Of a stretch of 64,000 nt of DNA, positions 43,427 to 57,600 are shown piece by piece. Numbering within the stretch: position 1 is the stretch's first letter; every line of letters begins with the position of its first letter. A program made the translations under genes and the position numbers. A model generated the notes under the pieces. The model saw nothing but the letters and a program-made list of their open reading frames with translations. It was not told the origin of the DNA and did no database searches. This stretch comes from Owenia fusiformis (lineage: Eukaryota), in contig CAIIXF020000001.1 of NCBI GenBank assembly GCA_903813345.2, positions 31,620,001-31,684,000 of the forward strand, given 5' to 3'.

Positions 43427-45985
43427 CACGGTGCCCATGTCAAGCTGCGCGCCTACTTAGGCGCGCAGTTTGTTTCGATCACAAACTGCGTGCCTAAGAA
43501 CATTGCATCATTTAAGTTGGAGTCTGTATTTTGAAACGTAATTTAAAGACATTTATCCTGCATTGTTTTCTTGTTCAATGCGTTCATTCTGTGGCGAATA
43601 TACGAATCTTGCAAATACTAGCAAAAACTATGTGCAAATGAATCTAAGTTTTAAAACATAAGCATATTAATGGCATTTTCGTCACTGATTTAACGGGAAT
43701 GTATATGATACGACGTCAGATACTGTACATCACGGCGTAACAGTGTAATTGTTCATTTTACCGACAAAATGCAAAGATTTACGCGATAAATATGCGCAAT
43801 GCTCCTCCAAGTAATTGCAAACGTTTTAATATTCGTGGAATCTTCTTAAAAACTTCAAGTTTTGTTCAGATTAATGTGCGCTTCAATACAATTCTGTATT
43901 CAAAAAGGTTGTGTCACGATATACAGAATTAGAATCACCAGAAAGTAGACATTTCAAACCCTACCCGTTTTCTTCTTTGTCGCGCTTTTCGGCCCTGCGC
44001 TCTCGTTGTTGCACCGTCTTTCTAGACTCTTTCACAATGCCCCTTGTCATATTCAACTGATAAACACAGACGGGAAGATATTAAGGATTGTTAAATGCAT
44101 TATTTGTAATTTATTTTAACTCGAATATTTAGTTTTATTTATTTAAAGCAATGAATAATAAAGGAGAACATATAATACGCTAACGGCATAACGTCTTATT
44201 TTGTAAAGGCTTCACTTGGGGTTGCGGTGATAAAACGATGTCTATCTCAATATATACTGGTTCAAATTTAATGAAATTAATTGTATGTAGTAAGGGGTAT
44301 ATTTAAAAGAACATGCTGAAACATTGGAACGTTTTGAATGTTTATCCCTTAATTAGAAATATTTGAACTCAAAAAATGAAACGTAATTTTGTGAATTTTT
44401 CACATGGCTTCACTTCATATTTCTTTCAATTTATACTTCTTACAGACTGAATTTTAATCGAAATGATATAGTTTTTTGATAAAAATATAGAATATGATAT
44501 GCCTTTCGGGAATCAAAAAAGAATATTTCACCTTTCAAGCGATTTAATGTTTGATTGATCAAAATATATATCTTGTTGGTACGAAATTCTGCCTGTCGAC
44601 ACTTTTTTTGCATAAATATAAGCGTTAAGTTAGCATTGTTATATTATGACGTCATCACACAGAATCTGTTTGTCTTTTCCAAAATGGTGAATTTAAATAT
44701 TGTGAAAATTTGAGAAAGATCCGTTGGGAAATGAAAAAGTTATCTTCATTTTTCGTTAAAATTAAAATCACTTTTCTTCAAAATGTTACAGTCGACACCC
44801 GGTTTTAGCATAGAAAGTCGCATAGTACGGCTTGCGTGATTCTCATTTAAAAAGTCCCAAATCAGTTATTTGGAATTCCGATAGGCAAAATATTTCATGG
44901 ACATACGTGTTCAACTGATGACGAAAAATTGTAGAAAATATGATTTTGCTGTCGAGATATTGCGGTTTTAAAAGTAAGTACGCATATAAAAATGCAGTAA
45001 AATGCCGCGATGTACAGTATCTGACGTCGTATCATATACGTAAATCGATCTAGCACTTTAAACATAAATGACAAATACTTTAGTCTCGTTTTATATTTAA
45101 TTCCTTACACATTTATCATTTATAATTCAAAATATTTCGAGATAAAACAGATAATCAGGAGATTAAAAAGAAATGAATCACAAACTGCGCGCCTATTTTA
45201 GCCAGAAATTACAAACTGTGTGCATACACTATTAAAACTACATATTATCATTGGAATTTCTACAGAGGCACGTGTAGGTGTTTTTCACGTAGCTTTGGAA
45301 ATTTTACTTTATCGTCAGATTTTATGAGATTTTCATATTGAAAGTCAAAATGTATAATAGAAGTGACAATTAAGTTGGGAACGAAAAAAACTTTTATTTT
45401 CAGATCACCATCTTGGTGGATGGACTCTCATAGTGTTTCAATTATAGGGTTCTACTATTAGATACATATGTGCCTTGGTATGGCGCTTATGTTTTCTAAT
45501 AATACAAAACAAGCTTGGATAGGCACGCAGTTTGGGAAATACATGTGAATATAGGCGCGCAGTTTGACAAGAAAAATGTTTAAATCACGTTTATGGCGTA
45601 TTATCGTTTTGAACACAAACTTTGCTGATTTAATCAGATGGAGGGATCCTATATATTCTAGCATACACAGACACAATGGCTGAATAAACGGCAAATTACG
45701 ATAAAAAGACATAGATATAACTTTACACTGTAAATTTTGAACACAGAAGTTACTGAAGACCCTTATATTGAGATAACTAGGTTTACATCGGGAAAAACAT
45801 TGAGTACTATGAGTAAATTAATTTCATCTTCACAGAATGGTACTATCTTTAGAACGAGACTAACCTTGTATTTTTCGTATTTTGGCTCTTTTTGGGAGTC
45901 GTGTCACATTTTGAAATATGCACGCAGTTTGTCAGAGTTTCAAACCGCGTGCCTAGTAGGCACGCTGCTTGACATGGGCATCGTG
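43427..45985. mobile_element. Transib-like non-autonomous element (CACGGTG terminus, 5-bp TSD)
   Basis: CACGGTGCCCATGTCAAGC ... GCTTGACATGGGCATCGTG; TTATC at 43422-43426 and 45986-45990; subterminal AAACTGCGCGCCT repeats (fragment also at ~38650-38870). Confidence 0.82.
43701..45039. mobile_element. Nested TIR element (~36-bp TIR)
   Basis: GTATATGATACGACGTCAGATACTGTACATC.CGGC and reverse complement at 45004-45039. Confidence 0.8.
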
Positions 45986-47089
45986 TTATCTACGCCAAAG
46001 AAATACGATATACCATGCGTTTAAGCACGTTTAAATTGTTTTTAAGGATGTTATATGTAATACGATTCCATCTTTTAAATAGTATACTTCAACTCTGTTA
46101 ACAATATTTATCATGTGTATTTATTTCCGTTTCTGTGATAAAATGCATGAAGATTTTAAAGCAACAAGTTAAAACCGATGAGTATTTTGAGGAATTGGGT
46201 CTACATAAAATTGTATAAGAAATATTTAAAAGGTATGGTGCTACTATAGTACAGGTCCCGGTACAGGTAAATACAGTAAAGGCGTTTATAAAACTTGCCT
46301 CACCTGCTCACAATTAAAAAATGATTACCTCGTCGTATACGTTAAGCCACATTTTAAGCAAGTAAAGAACCATCACCTAAAGCAACATAATGTGAAAGCA
46401 TCAACATAGCTGTAAGATAGGCGAGGGTGAGGCAAAAGCGAAATAAGCAATATCATGATTTAAAACTATGAGAACTATATCATTACTCTTTTACGTGGAC
46501 ATTCACCAAACATTGTTCATTAAATCCTTATTCTTGACTCAATGCTCGTGTTTTCTACTTGGCAAAATCTTACCGATGGATCCGACGGGGTTTTCAGTGT
46601 GGTTACTGACCGAAACATAGGCTCATTCAGTAAAGGGATCCAACACCTTACAAAACTTCTTAACGGAGAGGAATAAGGGAAAATGCTTGCCGGATTCCGA
46701 ATCTGTATGTTTTTTAATGATTTTTCACCGTCTTAGAATTTCAATTTTTTCCCTTTGAAAAAATGAGATTTGCATTGTTTTCCAATTAGAAAAATGAGTA
46801 AACATGAATAGCTCGAAATCTAACGGTGAGATTTTGTTTTAAAAGCAATGCTTGGACTCTTCATATTCACACAAAAAATTAATTAGTAAATGAGGTTTGA
46901 TATTTGTGAGAATAAGTTGTACGAGGTGCAATGCTCTACAAACACCAGACTACAGGGTGGATAAGGATCAATGACACACATAAAAATTAATTTAAAAATA
47001 TTTCATGATAATCATCTCAAACAAAAGCAGTTGGCGAAGGATACATTTCATTACACTCAATAAATAGTTATCACTTTTGACTATATATA

Positions 47090-48084
47090 CTGGGTGGTCC
47101 AACAAAAGTGAACCCCTGCAACTGGCCATATTTCCCTTATTACTTGCAGGAATTCTTTTTTATTTTCACATGTTGTAGAGGAAGGTCTAAAATTAATGTT
47201 GGTACCATACATTTTTCTTAGTCTTGAAATTTGCAGAAATTATAAGCCCTAACCAAACATTACTGAAAATGGACAAATTGTGATTTTCAATATCCGCGAT
47301 TCTTCAACCCTTTAACACCTTTCCCCTGAGAATTTTTTAAGCTGCAGTCTTAAAGAACTTATATTTTCTGACCTTGCTCAATTTTAAATCCTGCACATTA
47401 TGGCTTAAAACAAGCATTCTATATTTGTTAGTTGCAAAGTTATTGTGATCCAAAGAGATGTGCCAAGCTTCCACAGACGAAAACATTTTCCAGTGAAATC
47501 ATGAACATACCCCTATATGATCTTGAAATGTCAATATCTTCATAAATCATGGACCAATTCTAATGATATATGGCTCAAAACATTGAATATTGAATTTTCT
47601 TTTGATTTTTTAAAGATATTTGATGAAGGGGTTATCAGATTCCTGGTCACAGGGGGCAACTTCCTTCCATAAGAGGCCCCCTCTAACTGTTGGTGAAGGT
47701 AACATACCCCTGAACTGTTGAACAGTTAAAAATGCTTCAAAATGATCAATGAAAGTGTTAAATGTGTTTTCTGCTTGAATGGTGTCCCCTTTGTCATATG
47801 GTAGGGTTTTAAACTTGTATCTCTAACTGAAAGCTGTTTAATCATCCAATGTGTTTCAACAATTTCCGTGAATCACATTTGTAAAATTTTGTACAATATC
47901 TAATTTCCAGGCATGTTTGTTAAACGCTTGTAATTTCTTCAAAATTTAAGACTGAGAATAAATTATGGAATCATCCAAAATTTTAGACCTTTCTCTACAA
48001 CATGTGATAATATGAGCCAATTCATGCATGTATTAAGAAAAATGTAGCCTGTTGCAGGGGTTCACTTTTTTTTGGACCACCCTG
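47090..48084. mobile_element. Tc1/mariner-type MITE
   Basis: TA|CTGGGTGGTCCAACAAAAGTGAACCCCTGCAAC ... GTTGCAGGGGTTCACTTTT..GGACCACCCTG|TA, ~170-bp degenerate arms. Confidence 0.8.
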
Positions 48085-48632
48085 TACATATCTCATGGGA
48101 ATGTATTTCCATCTACTCAAGATATTATATTTTAGCTTCGAAAATCACAATCGTTGGATAATACATTTGTCTCAGAATGATAGGCCACCCTGTAGCAATG
48201 TAGCTTTCACTTGAAGTGTACCCTTGAGAATAATGAACTTACTTTCAAATTGGTCTTGCTTTTGTGGTGTATGTGGCTTTTTAGCAAATCTGCCACGCTC
48301 ATTTCTTTCCAGAACCATCATCTTGTTCAAATGTATCACTTTACGCGCATGTATAGACAGATGACATAGATATACATATAAATTATATATTGGGGAATAT
48401 CCCTTTGGAAAAATGCAAATGCATGAACATATATTTTCATCTTATATATGACTTCAAGCTAATATATTATTTCATATTTATATTTTCATAGTTAGTTTAA
48501 CATGAATAATAGATCCATGAGAACAATATTCTTTTTTTTAAATTGATGGGTTTACTGTGAATTCAATAAATTACAATTTGCAAGGTGTAAGTATACTGTA
48601 TGAGCTAGCTAGTGGCTTTGTAATTTATGTTA

Positions 48633-49046
48633 GGCCAGGGTAATTAAATTAGTTGTTTCTCTTTCTTCTATTTTTCAAAATTGATACGGGAATGACGGTT
48701 TTTATATTACCTTTTTTGTCTATCTAAAATGCTGATGAGGGACGGGATGATTTTGTTCTTTAAAACAACTGTAAAAACAAATAACTAATTTTGAAGGAAA
48801 TGAACTGAGTTTAAGTTGAATTTATATGTTGAATTTAGCCTACTTTACTGGTATATTTGATCATATATCAGTACCACGATATTGTCAATTATCCTGATCA
48901 ATAAAAAGTAAAAAAAAGTGTTTCACACGCCATGGATGCGCGCGAGGTACGGTGTTTTTTTCTCAGAAATGGCAGAAAAAAGGTGGAGGGGGATTGGGCC
49001 ACACGCGGGCAACGAATGAGAAACAACTAATTTAATTACCCTAACC
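48633..49046. mobile_element. PIF/Harbinger-type MITE
   Basis: TTA|GGCCAGGGTAATTAAATTAGTTGTTTCTC ... GAGAAACAACTAATTTAATTACCCTAACC|TTA. Confidence 0.75.
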
Positions 49047-49856
49047 TTAGTTCATCCAGTAGTACGTTTTTACTGCAAAGTAGTGTTTTTATATGCAGCT
49101 TAATAGCATAAAATATGTTGAATGAAGCATATGGTGTGGATTAGTCGTGTGACACACAGACTGACCAATACATGAGGGTATTAGCTACTTTTCACATAAA
49201 CCAAAGGAGGACAGTACTTTTATTTCAACTGGGAGCTTACCTCCACACGACTGATCATGTGACCATGGTGGTGGTCCCCTTTAACACAGGTACCATTCAG
49301 ACCCCATCCTACCACGAGACTGAACACGTTGTGTAGCCTCTCGGATCTATGGTTGGCTTACCCACCCAAAGTATGCACGCGTTGTTCATAATTAACGGCG
49401 CTAAAATAAACTCGACGGGCGTATAGATGTTTCTCAACACGTGTTAAATAATCTATTGAACATTTTAACGCCGTTTGTTTACGCCTGTATTTGTTTTACA
49501 GTTAACGCGTATAGAATTCACTTCTTAAGGGGCGTAATTAACTCCTACACGGGCGTAAATTACGTCTGCACGGGCGTAATTAACGCCTACACACTCGTAA
49601 ACAACGCGTGCTTACATATGGTAGGTTGGCAAACCATACGGATCAGTTATAAAACCCGCGACGACCTATCTCCGGTATAGTGATATGGGCGTGTATACTA
49701 TTTCAATTTTACGCGCAATCAATCAGTTTAGATCTGATAGATCATCACACGTGCACGACTGCACGAGGTCTAGGCCTGCTAGCATAGACGTCATGCAATC
49801 AATAACCACACGCTCATGGACATGGACACATATACTGTAGTCACGTTGTACAGTAA

Positions 49857-50522
49857 CAGAATCACAAAAATAAGGAAAAACTATGAATTTGACCTACATT
49901 TTGACCTAGACATTTTGCTGTCCAGATTTTGAAGCTAGTTGGCTTTTGAGGTCCCCTTCTTTAAAAGGCTATCATTATATTAAGCTGTACTGAGTCTATA
50001 TCTCGTATATTACACTTCAAATAAATCTTTTTTCCATTGACTTAACATTGGACACAAATTTAGCGATTTTTGAGCTTTCAAAACGCCATAACTTCCGAAC
50101 CGGAAGTCGAATCGAAATTCGGTTTGCAGATTCAGATTCCTGGGAAATTCTACACTTATTTCATAACTCACTTGTTGAATTTGAAGAACTTACTGTTCTG
50201 ACCTACCTTTCGGACGCCATATCTCAAAATCGGTAAGAGTAATCAAAAAACAATTTGCCTTACGGAATTAGCGTTTTTTCCAAAGAACATGATGAAAAAA
50301 TCGCTCAAAAATCGCTAAATTTGGTGTCCCATGTTATGTCAATGAGAAAAAATATTTTTTTGAAGTGTAAAATACCAGATATAGACTGAGTACAGCCTAA
50401 CATTCTGAAAGCCTATGAAAGAAGGGGACCTGAAGGCTATCTAGCTTTAAAATTTGGACACCAAAATGCCTATGTCAAAATCTAGGTCAAATTCATAGTT
50501 TTTCCTTATTTTTGCGATTCTG
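49857..50522. mobile_element. Long-armed foldback MITE
   Basis: CAGAATCACAAAAATAAGGAAAAACTATGAATTTGACCTA.. matches reverse complement at 50300-50522 over ~220 bp; inner part reappears inverted at ~50590-50780. Confidence 0.75.
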
Positions 50523-51688
50523 ACATTACACTTTAATGATTTGCTTCGAAATTGTGTATACAGTTCACGAAGAGTGTGTTAATAGTTTTAGCCTTTTGCC
50601 GTCAGAAAGTATTTTGACCCACTTTTGAGATATGGTGTCCGAAAAGTAGGTCAAAATGAGAGTTCTCCAAAATTAATGTTTGAGTTATGAATTAAGGGTA
50701 GAATTTTCTCAGGAATCTGAATCTTTAAACTAAATTTCAATCCAACTTCTGGTTAGATAGTTATAGCGGTTTGAAGTCTCGAAAAGTCGATATGATGATA
50801 TCCCCATTTTAAGCCAATGGAGTCGAAGATAACATTCTTAAGAGTTGTCTAAATGTCTTTATTCTAGCTGACTCGGCTTATTCTGAATGACTCAGCTTAC
50901 AAGTATTCTGGATGACTCAGCTTAAAAAAAGTCTTTAATTGAACTTGTTCAATTTACATGTCTAGTTACATTTATCTTGTTATTTCCCGAAAAGTGAATA
51001 TAGAACGGTTTGAACTAACGTTTATTTATGAAGGGTTAATTAATATGAATTATAATAGCAATTTATTATTATCTGTTATAAATTTTTATAATACGCATGA
51101 TTTTTCTGCAATAATAGTCGATAGTGGCGTACATTTTTTGATTTTACGAGATATTTTGCCATAACTTCGATAACACATTGTACAGGGTGTCAGATAAGTC
51201 CTGCCCCCAGCTAAAACCTTCATAGCTGGTACCTAGTGTGATATACCATTAAAAGATCATCCACAAATTACATTAACGCACCTACTCTCAAGTATACCTA
51301 TATTTTCATGATTGCCCTTCCCCGGCAGCTTTTATTGCGCCAAAATGAGATGGATATGACTTCAGCAGTACATCAAAAAGTTAACATTTTTCGCATCCCA
51401 CAAAAAGGCTTCCCCGCTATCCCTGACGCTCTATCTTCAGTTAAAAATTCACTGCCAAATGCTGACGTCATCTGTGAGCGCCTTTAACTTTTCTGATGCC
51501 TGTTTCTGAAAATCCTGCCAAATCGCCAAAGTGCTGTTTCGGGGTCTATGGTTACCTCAGTTGATACGATGTAGCAATTTGTGACATTGGTTGACAGGTA
51601 GCATATGCCAATCAACGTAACTTTGGACGATGATATATTACACTTGGTATCATATACAGTATCTTGGTTTTGGCTTTAGAAGGCGAAA

Positions 51689-54600
51689 TTACTGAAATCG
51701 ATTCAGCATCATAATTTTAATCAGAACAGAAAGTTTATTTTTGACGAGTTTATAACACCTTGACTGCCAGTCCATCCTGACTGCATCTCCATAAAGCTCA
51801 TCAAACTGCACTACACCTTTCATATCTGTGGTGCTGACAGTATGTTGGAATCTTGATCGTCTGGAAATAGTACCTGGAACAAAAATTGGATACATTTATA
51901 GTTAGATCTCCACATTTCTTCTTTCTTGTCATATTTCGAGGACTGTTGTCAGTAAATTGGTCCAGGGATCAACGTTCTCTTTAATACAAGACCAAAACCC
52001 ATCCATGCAACTGTATAATAATATACTACGATGTAAAAGTATCTATATAAGTACATCAAAAAGAGTACACTGTACCTATTAATCCATGTCCAGTTCTGAG
52101 TTCATCATCTCTCAGATTGAAGCCAATATGTCTTTGGTACTTGATCACATCAATGTGCAATTTATTCCAAATATTCAATAGCAATCTATCAGGCTCCAGT
52201 TTAACGTGGACATAATTTGGCAAAGTTGTTTCAAAGTTATCTCCCCATTTTGAACGCTCCAAAATGACACCTTTCACTTGTATATCATCATTTGTGACAA
52301 CAATTTTGGTAGTTCGGACAAGTATTTCAATATTTTCGATGAGGTTAACTGTTTGAGTTCTTGATAAGTTCAGCAATGTAACTTTCACAACTATTCCTAA
52401 AAGAATATGACAATAAATATATTTAATCTTAGTAAATATAATAACTTGGCAAAAAGTAACAAATATCATCGACTCAAGCAATTTGGCGGACAACTGTATA
52501 TGACAACCAATGTCAATCATTCCATTGCTTTTCAGTTTTCAGTTTTTGGCTGTAAAACCCTTATAATCAAAAATACGGTAAAATCGACCCTACAATTGTG
52601 GCAGCATTTAATTTGAAAACATAAATTCTGTACCCATCTAGGCATAAAATCCTTGGTATTCCTGGTATTCATTAATCGTTCATAATTATCACGGTCCACA
52701 TCCCGCTCCGTATGATATGGTCCTTTCGTGTGCACAAGATCCGACCATACCGCCTCTATAGGGAGGAAATTCGGAGGTGGGTTTTATTATTAGAGTATTC
52801 TTTGAGTTTACATTTATACTGCGCGATTTAAATTGATAAATGTATGAATATTAAATTGAAAAAAGTTGTCTAAGTATTTGAATGCTCAAAAACATTGGAT
52901 TTATTTGTGGTGACGACATACATGCGGAGAGAGTGAGTTTCTGCTTCCTTATCGTCATTTACGTGTCAAATATACTACTTTGTGATATATTATGTAAATC
53001 AAATGAAGCCTTTGTATATATTGATCGATGAAATAACGCCAATTGAATGTTTCTTGGTATATACTGATTTTAAAATGGTCAAAAGCAAATTAGAAGAGGA
53101 TCCGACTCTGCAGGTTAAATGTTTTGAATGGATCCGACCCACGCGCGTTTCTCTTACGATCCTACCGTGTTTCATTTCCGACCCTACCGTGTTTTGAGCT
53201 CCATATTGTCGTGTTTAGAACCAATAAATACCATGAACATATTTTAAAGTTACCATACTAAATCCATGGAAGTTAATATATCTATTACACTAGAGTCAGT
53301 GTATTAAAGCTCAATAGCTAATTATGGTTGTTTATCTTTTCTAGATGTCGTTAAAAGTGCCGATACAGAATGAAACGGACACTTATTTAGACGAAAATAA
53401 AAATGAACTACCATCGACATCCACACCCCAAAAGCCAACTTATTCTCATGAATTATCCAGTCGTCCAAGCAGACCAGTTCATGTTGAAACGGATGGCATA
53501 TACAAAAATAAATTATATGATACAATGATCGTATATGCATGCCAATTTGAATATATTTTTTGTATACGTAAAACACGAATTGGTCGAATTTTTTCACACG
53601 AAAAGTTTTTTTCAGTTCATTATACATTTATTTCAAATTATATTGCAGTAAAAAAGTTACACAGGTCGCTGCCTAGCGCAATGTGCATTACAGGCTAGCG
53701 TTTTGGAATGAACATAAATCAAATTAATTGAGTGAGTTATACATAAAATTGTTCTAACTTAATGGTGAAAAGTATGTCAGAATAAAATGGGTAGGCCAAG
53801 CTAAGAATAAAATCAACGAGCCTTCCTTTTAATCGAGAATCCTGTTCAATTGAAAATGAGTTTTTGAAAATTAAAAATTCAGTTTTATCTTGTTCAGTTA
53901 GATGGGTCTCAAGATTTTGCTGCTCAAGGGTTTCTTAAAGGTTTTTTCTTTGGGTTGAATGGCGCTTACATTGCATAATCGAGTGTTTAGGAGTTGTACT
54001 CTTACCACAGACAATTAGATAAGCTGTATTAGGGAAATCATGAGTAATCTTTTGTGATTCAAATTAGAGTCCGCATCTAATTCTAGTCTGTTCAAGGTAA
54101 TTTCTTGCTTTCGAGAAAGATTAGAGTTTAGAAGTTGTATTGAAGTCATTAAACTTTCAAGATTTGTTTTTCATTTTACTTTTGAACAAAGAGATGGTGG
54201 GAATAGACTGGAGATAACCTATTCCATTCAGAGATCAATCTTAGCACTGGGGCATTAATTAGTCGTGCAAAGAACACGAAAAGATGGAACTATTAACAGG
54301 ACATGGTCGGAGTCCCAAAATTATCCTCACACGACTTGGTCGAATCCTAGCTGTGGTAGGGTCGGATCCTTCTATTCGAGTTTTAAACCACATTTTCATG
54401 TACTTTGTGATGTATTACGTCATGTTTGTTTATCAGTCGCACGCATTAATGCATGTACTTTATAAATTGCACGAAATTAGATATGTATACGGTAATATAA
54501 AAGAATTATTGCAATTGAAGTGTATTCTGTCGTGAAAAGTCTATGTTCGACCTATTTTCACCTATGAAGCCTTGATATTTTTTTCTTGCTTTCTTCATGA

Positions 54601-57600
54601 ATTCATAGGAAATTATGTTGCCTATAGTTAACCATTCACAAAATATCAAAATTCGCTCTGTTTCCTACTTTTTCCTGACATTTTGTCAATTTTGGCCTCT
54701 TTGTCTCACGAATGGATCGTATTCTAGCACACGAACGGACCATATCATACGGAGCGGGATGTGGACCGTGATTATACTTCATATTATTTTAAAGAAAACT
54801 TAAACTTCCAATAATATGGTCCGACCGTACAATATTGTCTGTATTTTAGAATGGATTTAGGATGTAAATGCCATTCATCAGATCTTTTTTTATTAGAAAT
54901 GAACCCTACCTCACAAATAGACCGATACATCATTTATGGGGGATTAAATTATAGTACTCAATATTTCTTATACATATCATCATAAGAAATAAATATATTA
55001 TCATTTCAAATTTCAATTTGGGTATTGTTTTTGCCCCCCCCCCCACTCCCATTTACTTTGTTCGATGGGATGTTATACCTTACTTGTATGGTATTAAGAT
55101 GCAGAAATGGATAATTTGTTTTGCAACACGTATATTTTGAAATCTATGTACCAGTTCTTATCATCTGGAATAAAATGTCAAAAGGATTCCGATGTCAATA
55201 TGCAATCCTAAACGCCAAGAAATAAAAAGCCACAGACAGTTCCAACTCCAGACATAATAGGTTAGAATGTCAAATTTTTAGCTCGTATTGTCACGCCAAT
55301 TCCCCATGTAGAATGGAATATCATCTTACAAAATCATTTAGTACTACAATCGGATACAACTTGAAAACTACAACGTTAGCGAGTAGTATATCCCATTGAA
55401 CAACAAGCTACCTGAAATGGTCATTATTAAACATTTATGGTTCTTATAGCACAAATGTGAAACAAAATATCTCTGAAGCACCTGAATCATTAAAACGTTA
55501 AATTATTTTAAGAAATAAATGTTCAGCATTTCAATAAATTCATGACCCAACTAAGAATCAGCCAGAAATTAACATCACCAATATATATCAAAATGTGGCC
55601 GCACCTCATTGAAAAGATTTTTGCAATATTTATAAATCATTTTCATTTAGAGTTTATGTAAAGAAAACCAATCTTCTGGTGTTTGGTGGACAGATGGACA
55701 GTTTATCTACATTCCAGAGAAATCCAATCGATAATTGGGATAATAATATGAGTCAGCTGATGCATAAGGGACAACTGGAAGTGTTAGGTAATTTCTGAGA
55801 TGCCATGGCCTGAGAGAATGGAATTGATGACGTGATGAACACAACCAATTAGAGAATCAATAATTCGGTATTACATATATTAACTAACTAACTGAATAAC
55901 ACTTATTCGAATTCACCCACTACACTTTCTACTATTAGACATTTGTGACGCACTTGGCAAAATTACCACCCATTTTTGTGTATATTTATTGCTTTTTATG
56001 TAAAGGATGTGCATTTCAGACTTTTACTCCATTCTTTTATGAATTGTTTGCTAGAAAAAGCCATTTTTGTACAATTTTATATTTTTCAATAGAGAATATA
56101 TGATTCCACACAAATATTTTCAGAAAAATGATCGATTTGTGCCTCAACCAATTGTTCATCCATAGACTATAACTGAAAATTATTCACAAACTCTTAAAAA
56201 AGTTAGTTTCATTGTAATTCTAACATATTGTTTTGTGCATGCGTCAAACACTCTAGATACTATTAACAGATGCAAATTCTTAGTAGTCATTGATTCTTCA
56301 ATTGAAGATGATCTTGGTTAGAGCGTCGATATTTAAGTTGATGCTAAAAGGGTTCTACTTGAACACAAATTGCGAAATGAGTGGGTCTAGATCTCTTTAT
56401 GGGATTTTCAATTCTCTTATACTACAAAAAACTTAAGGTCACATTTACTTTAAGGCCATATGTTCACACTATCTAACAGAAGAGCAAATAATCATCATGT
56501 AATTTACCCAGCATACCCAAAATGTAATAGTCTACTCTTGCATCTGTGAAAATTTGTTTTGTTGTCTTGGATTTTGAAAAACTTTGATAACATCGTTTGT
56601 CACTATTGTGACCTTGTTCAATGACCTTGAACTAAAAAAACGTTCAGACCTAGGTAGGTCGTTTGTAATTAAGCTGACCTTTTAAATCTAAAAAATTAAT
56701 CTAAAAACCAACTTTTTGACTCTTCAAAGGTCACTGAATGTCAACTAAAGGTCAAATCTCAAATCTAAGGTCAGATTTAGCCGATTTATGATCACATTCT
56801 TTAGAAACTTGAAAGAAACATGATATTATGATATTCAAACGCTAGAAATCAATTGCAACAATATAATAATAATCATTGCTTTCAAATGTTAATAAATTCA
56901 TTAAAATATATTTTAGGTTAACGTCATTGTTTACAGATATACAGTAACTAAACAACATAATCAGGGGACAGAAACGCGTCCAGTATTTTCGTCCGGTACA
57001 ACCGGAAATACTTGACGCAGACCTCCATTTTTGATCGAGAGAGAGGTAGGTGTACTTTTAATTCTGTGATAGTTTTACAGTGTTTCATAATGCCTGGGTC
57101 ACACTTGCTCCGATTCATCGGCCGGCGCCCGGCCAATTGAGTGTTTTGTTCAAAATTGTATTCAGTTTGGAAAAAAATACTCAATCGCCCGGGCGCCGGC
57201 CGATGAATCGCTGCAAATGTGACCAAGGTATTACTTTACAACAGGCGTTTACAGTTTTACAGTGTTTCATTACTTAGCAGCAGGCTCATCAGATTCCCAG
57301 TATATTGAAGAACTGGATGGTGTATTTTTATTTCAGACACAAGAAAATGGCATATATTGTCTATTAAAGGGTAAATAAAAAGAAATATAACTCGATTGAT
57401 TCGTGTATTTCGTAAAAAATCAAAATATTTCCGTGCTTAACCCCACATTACAGAAAAACTAGATCAAAAATGGAGGTCTGCGTCAAGAATTTCCGGTTGT
57501 ACCGGACGAAAATACTGGACGCGTTTCTGTCCCCTGATAATGGTAACCCAAGATCTAGCAAATCTCTTGGGACATCTTTGCAAGTCATTAAAACACCAGC

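Noticed and set aside
43427..54770. Intact RAG1/RAG2-like or Transib transposase gene
   Set aside because: No long ORF or DDE motif is present; only terminal signatures are seen.
55651..55787. Plus-strand open stretch between AG and GT
   Set aside because: No recognisable motif or partner exons; lies antisense in an intron.
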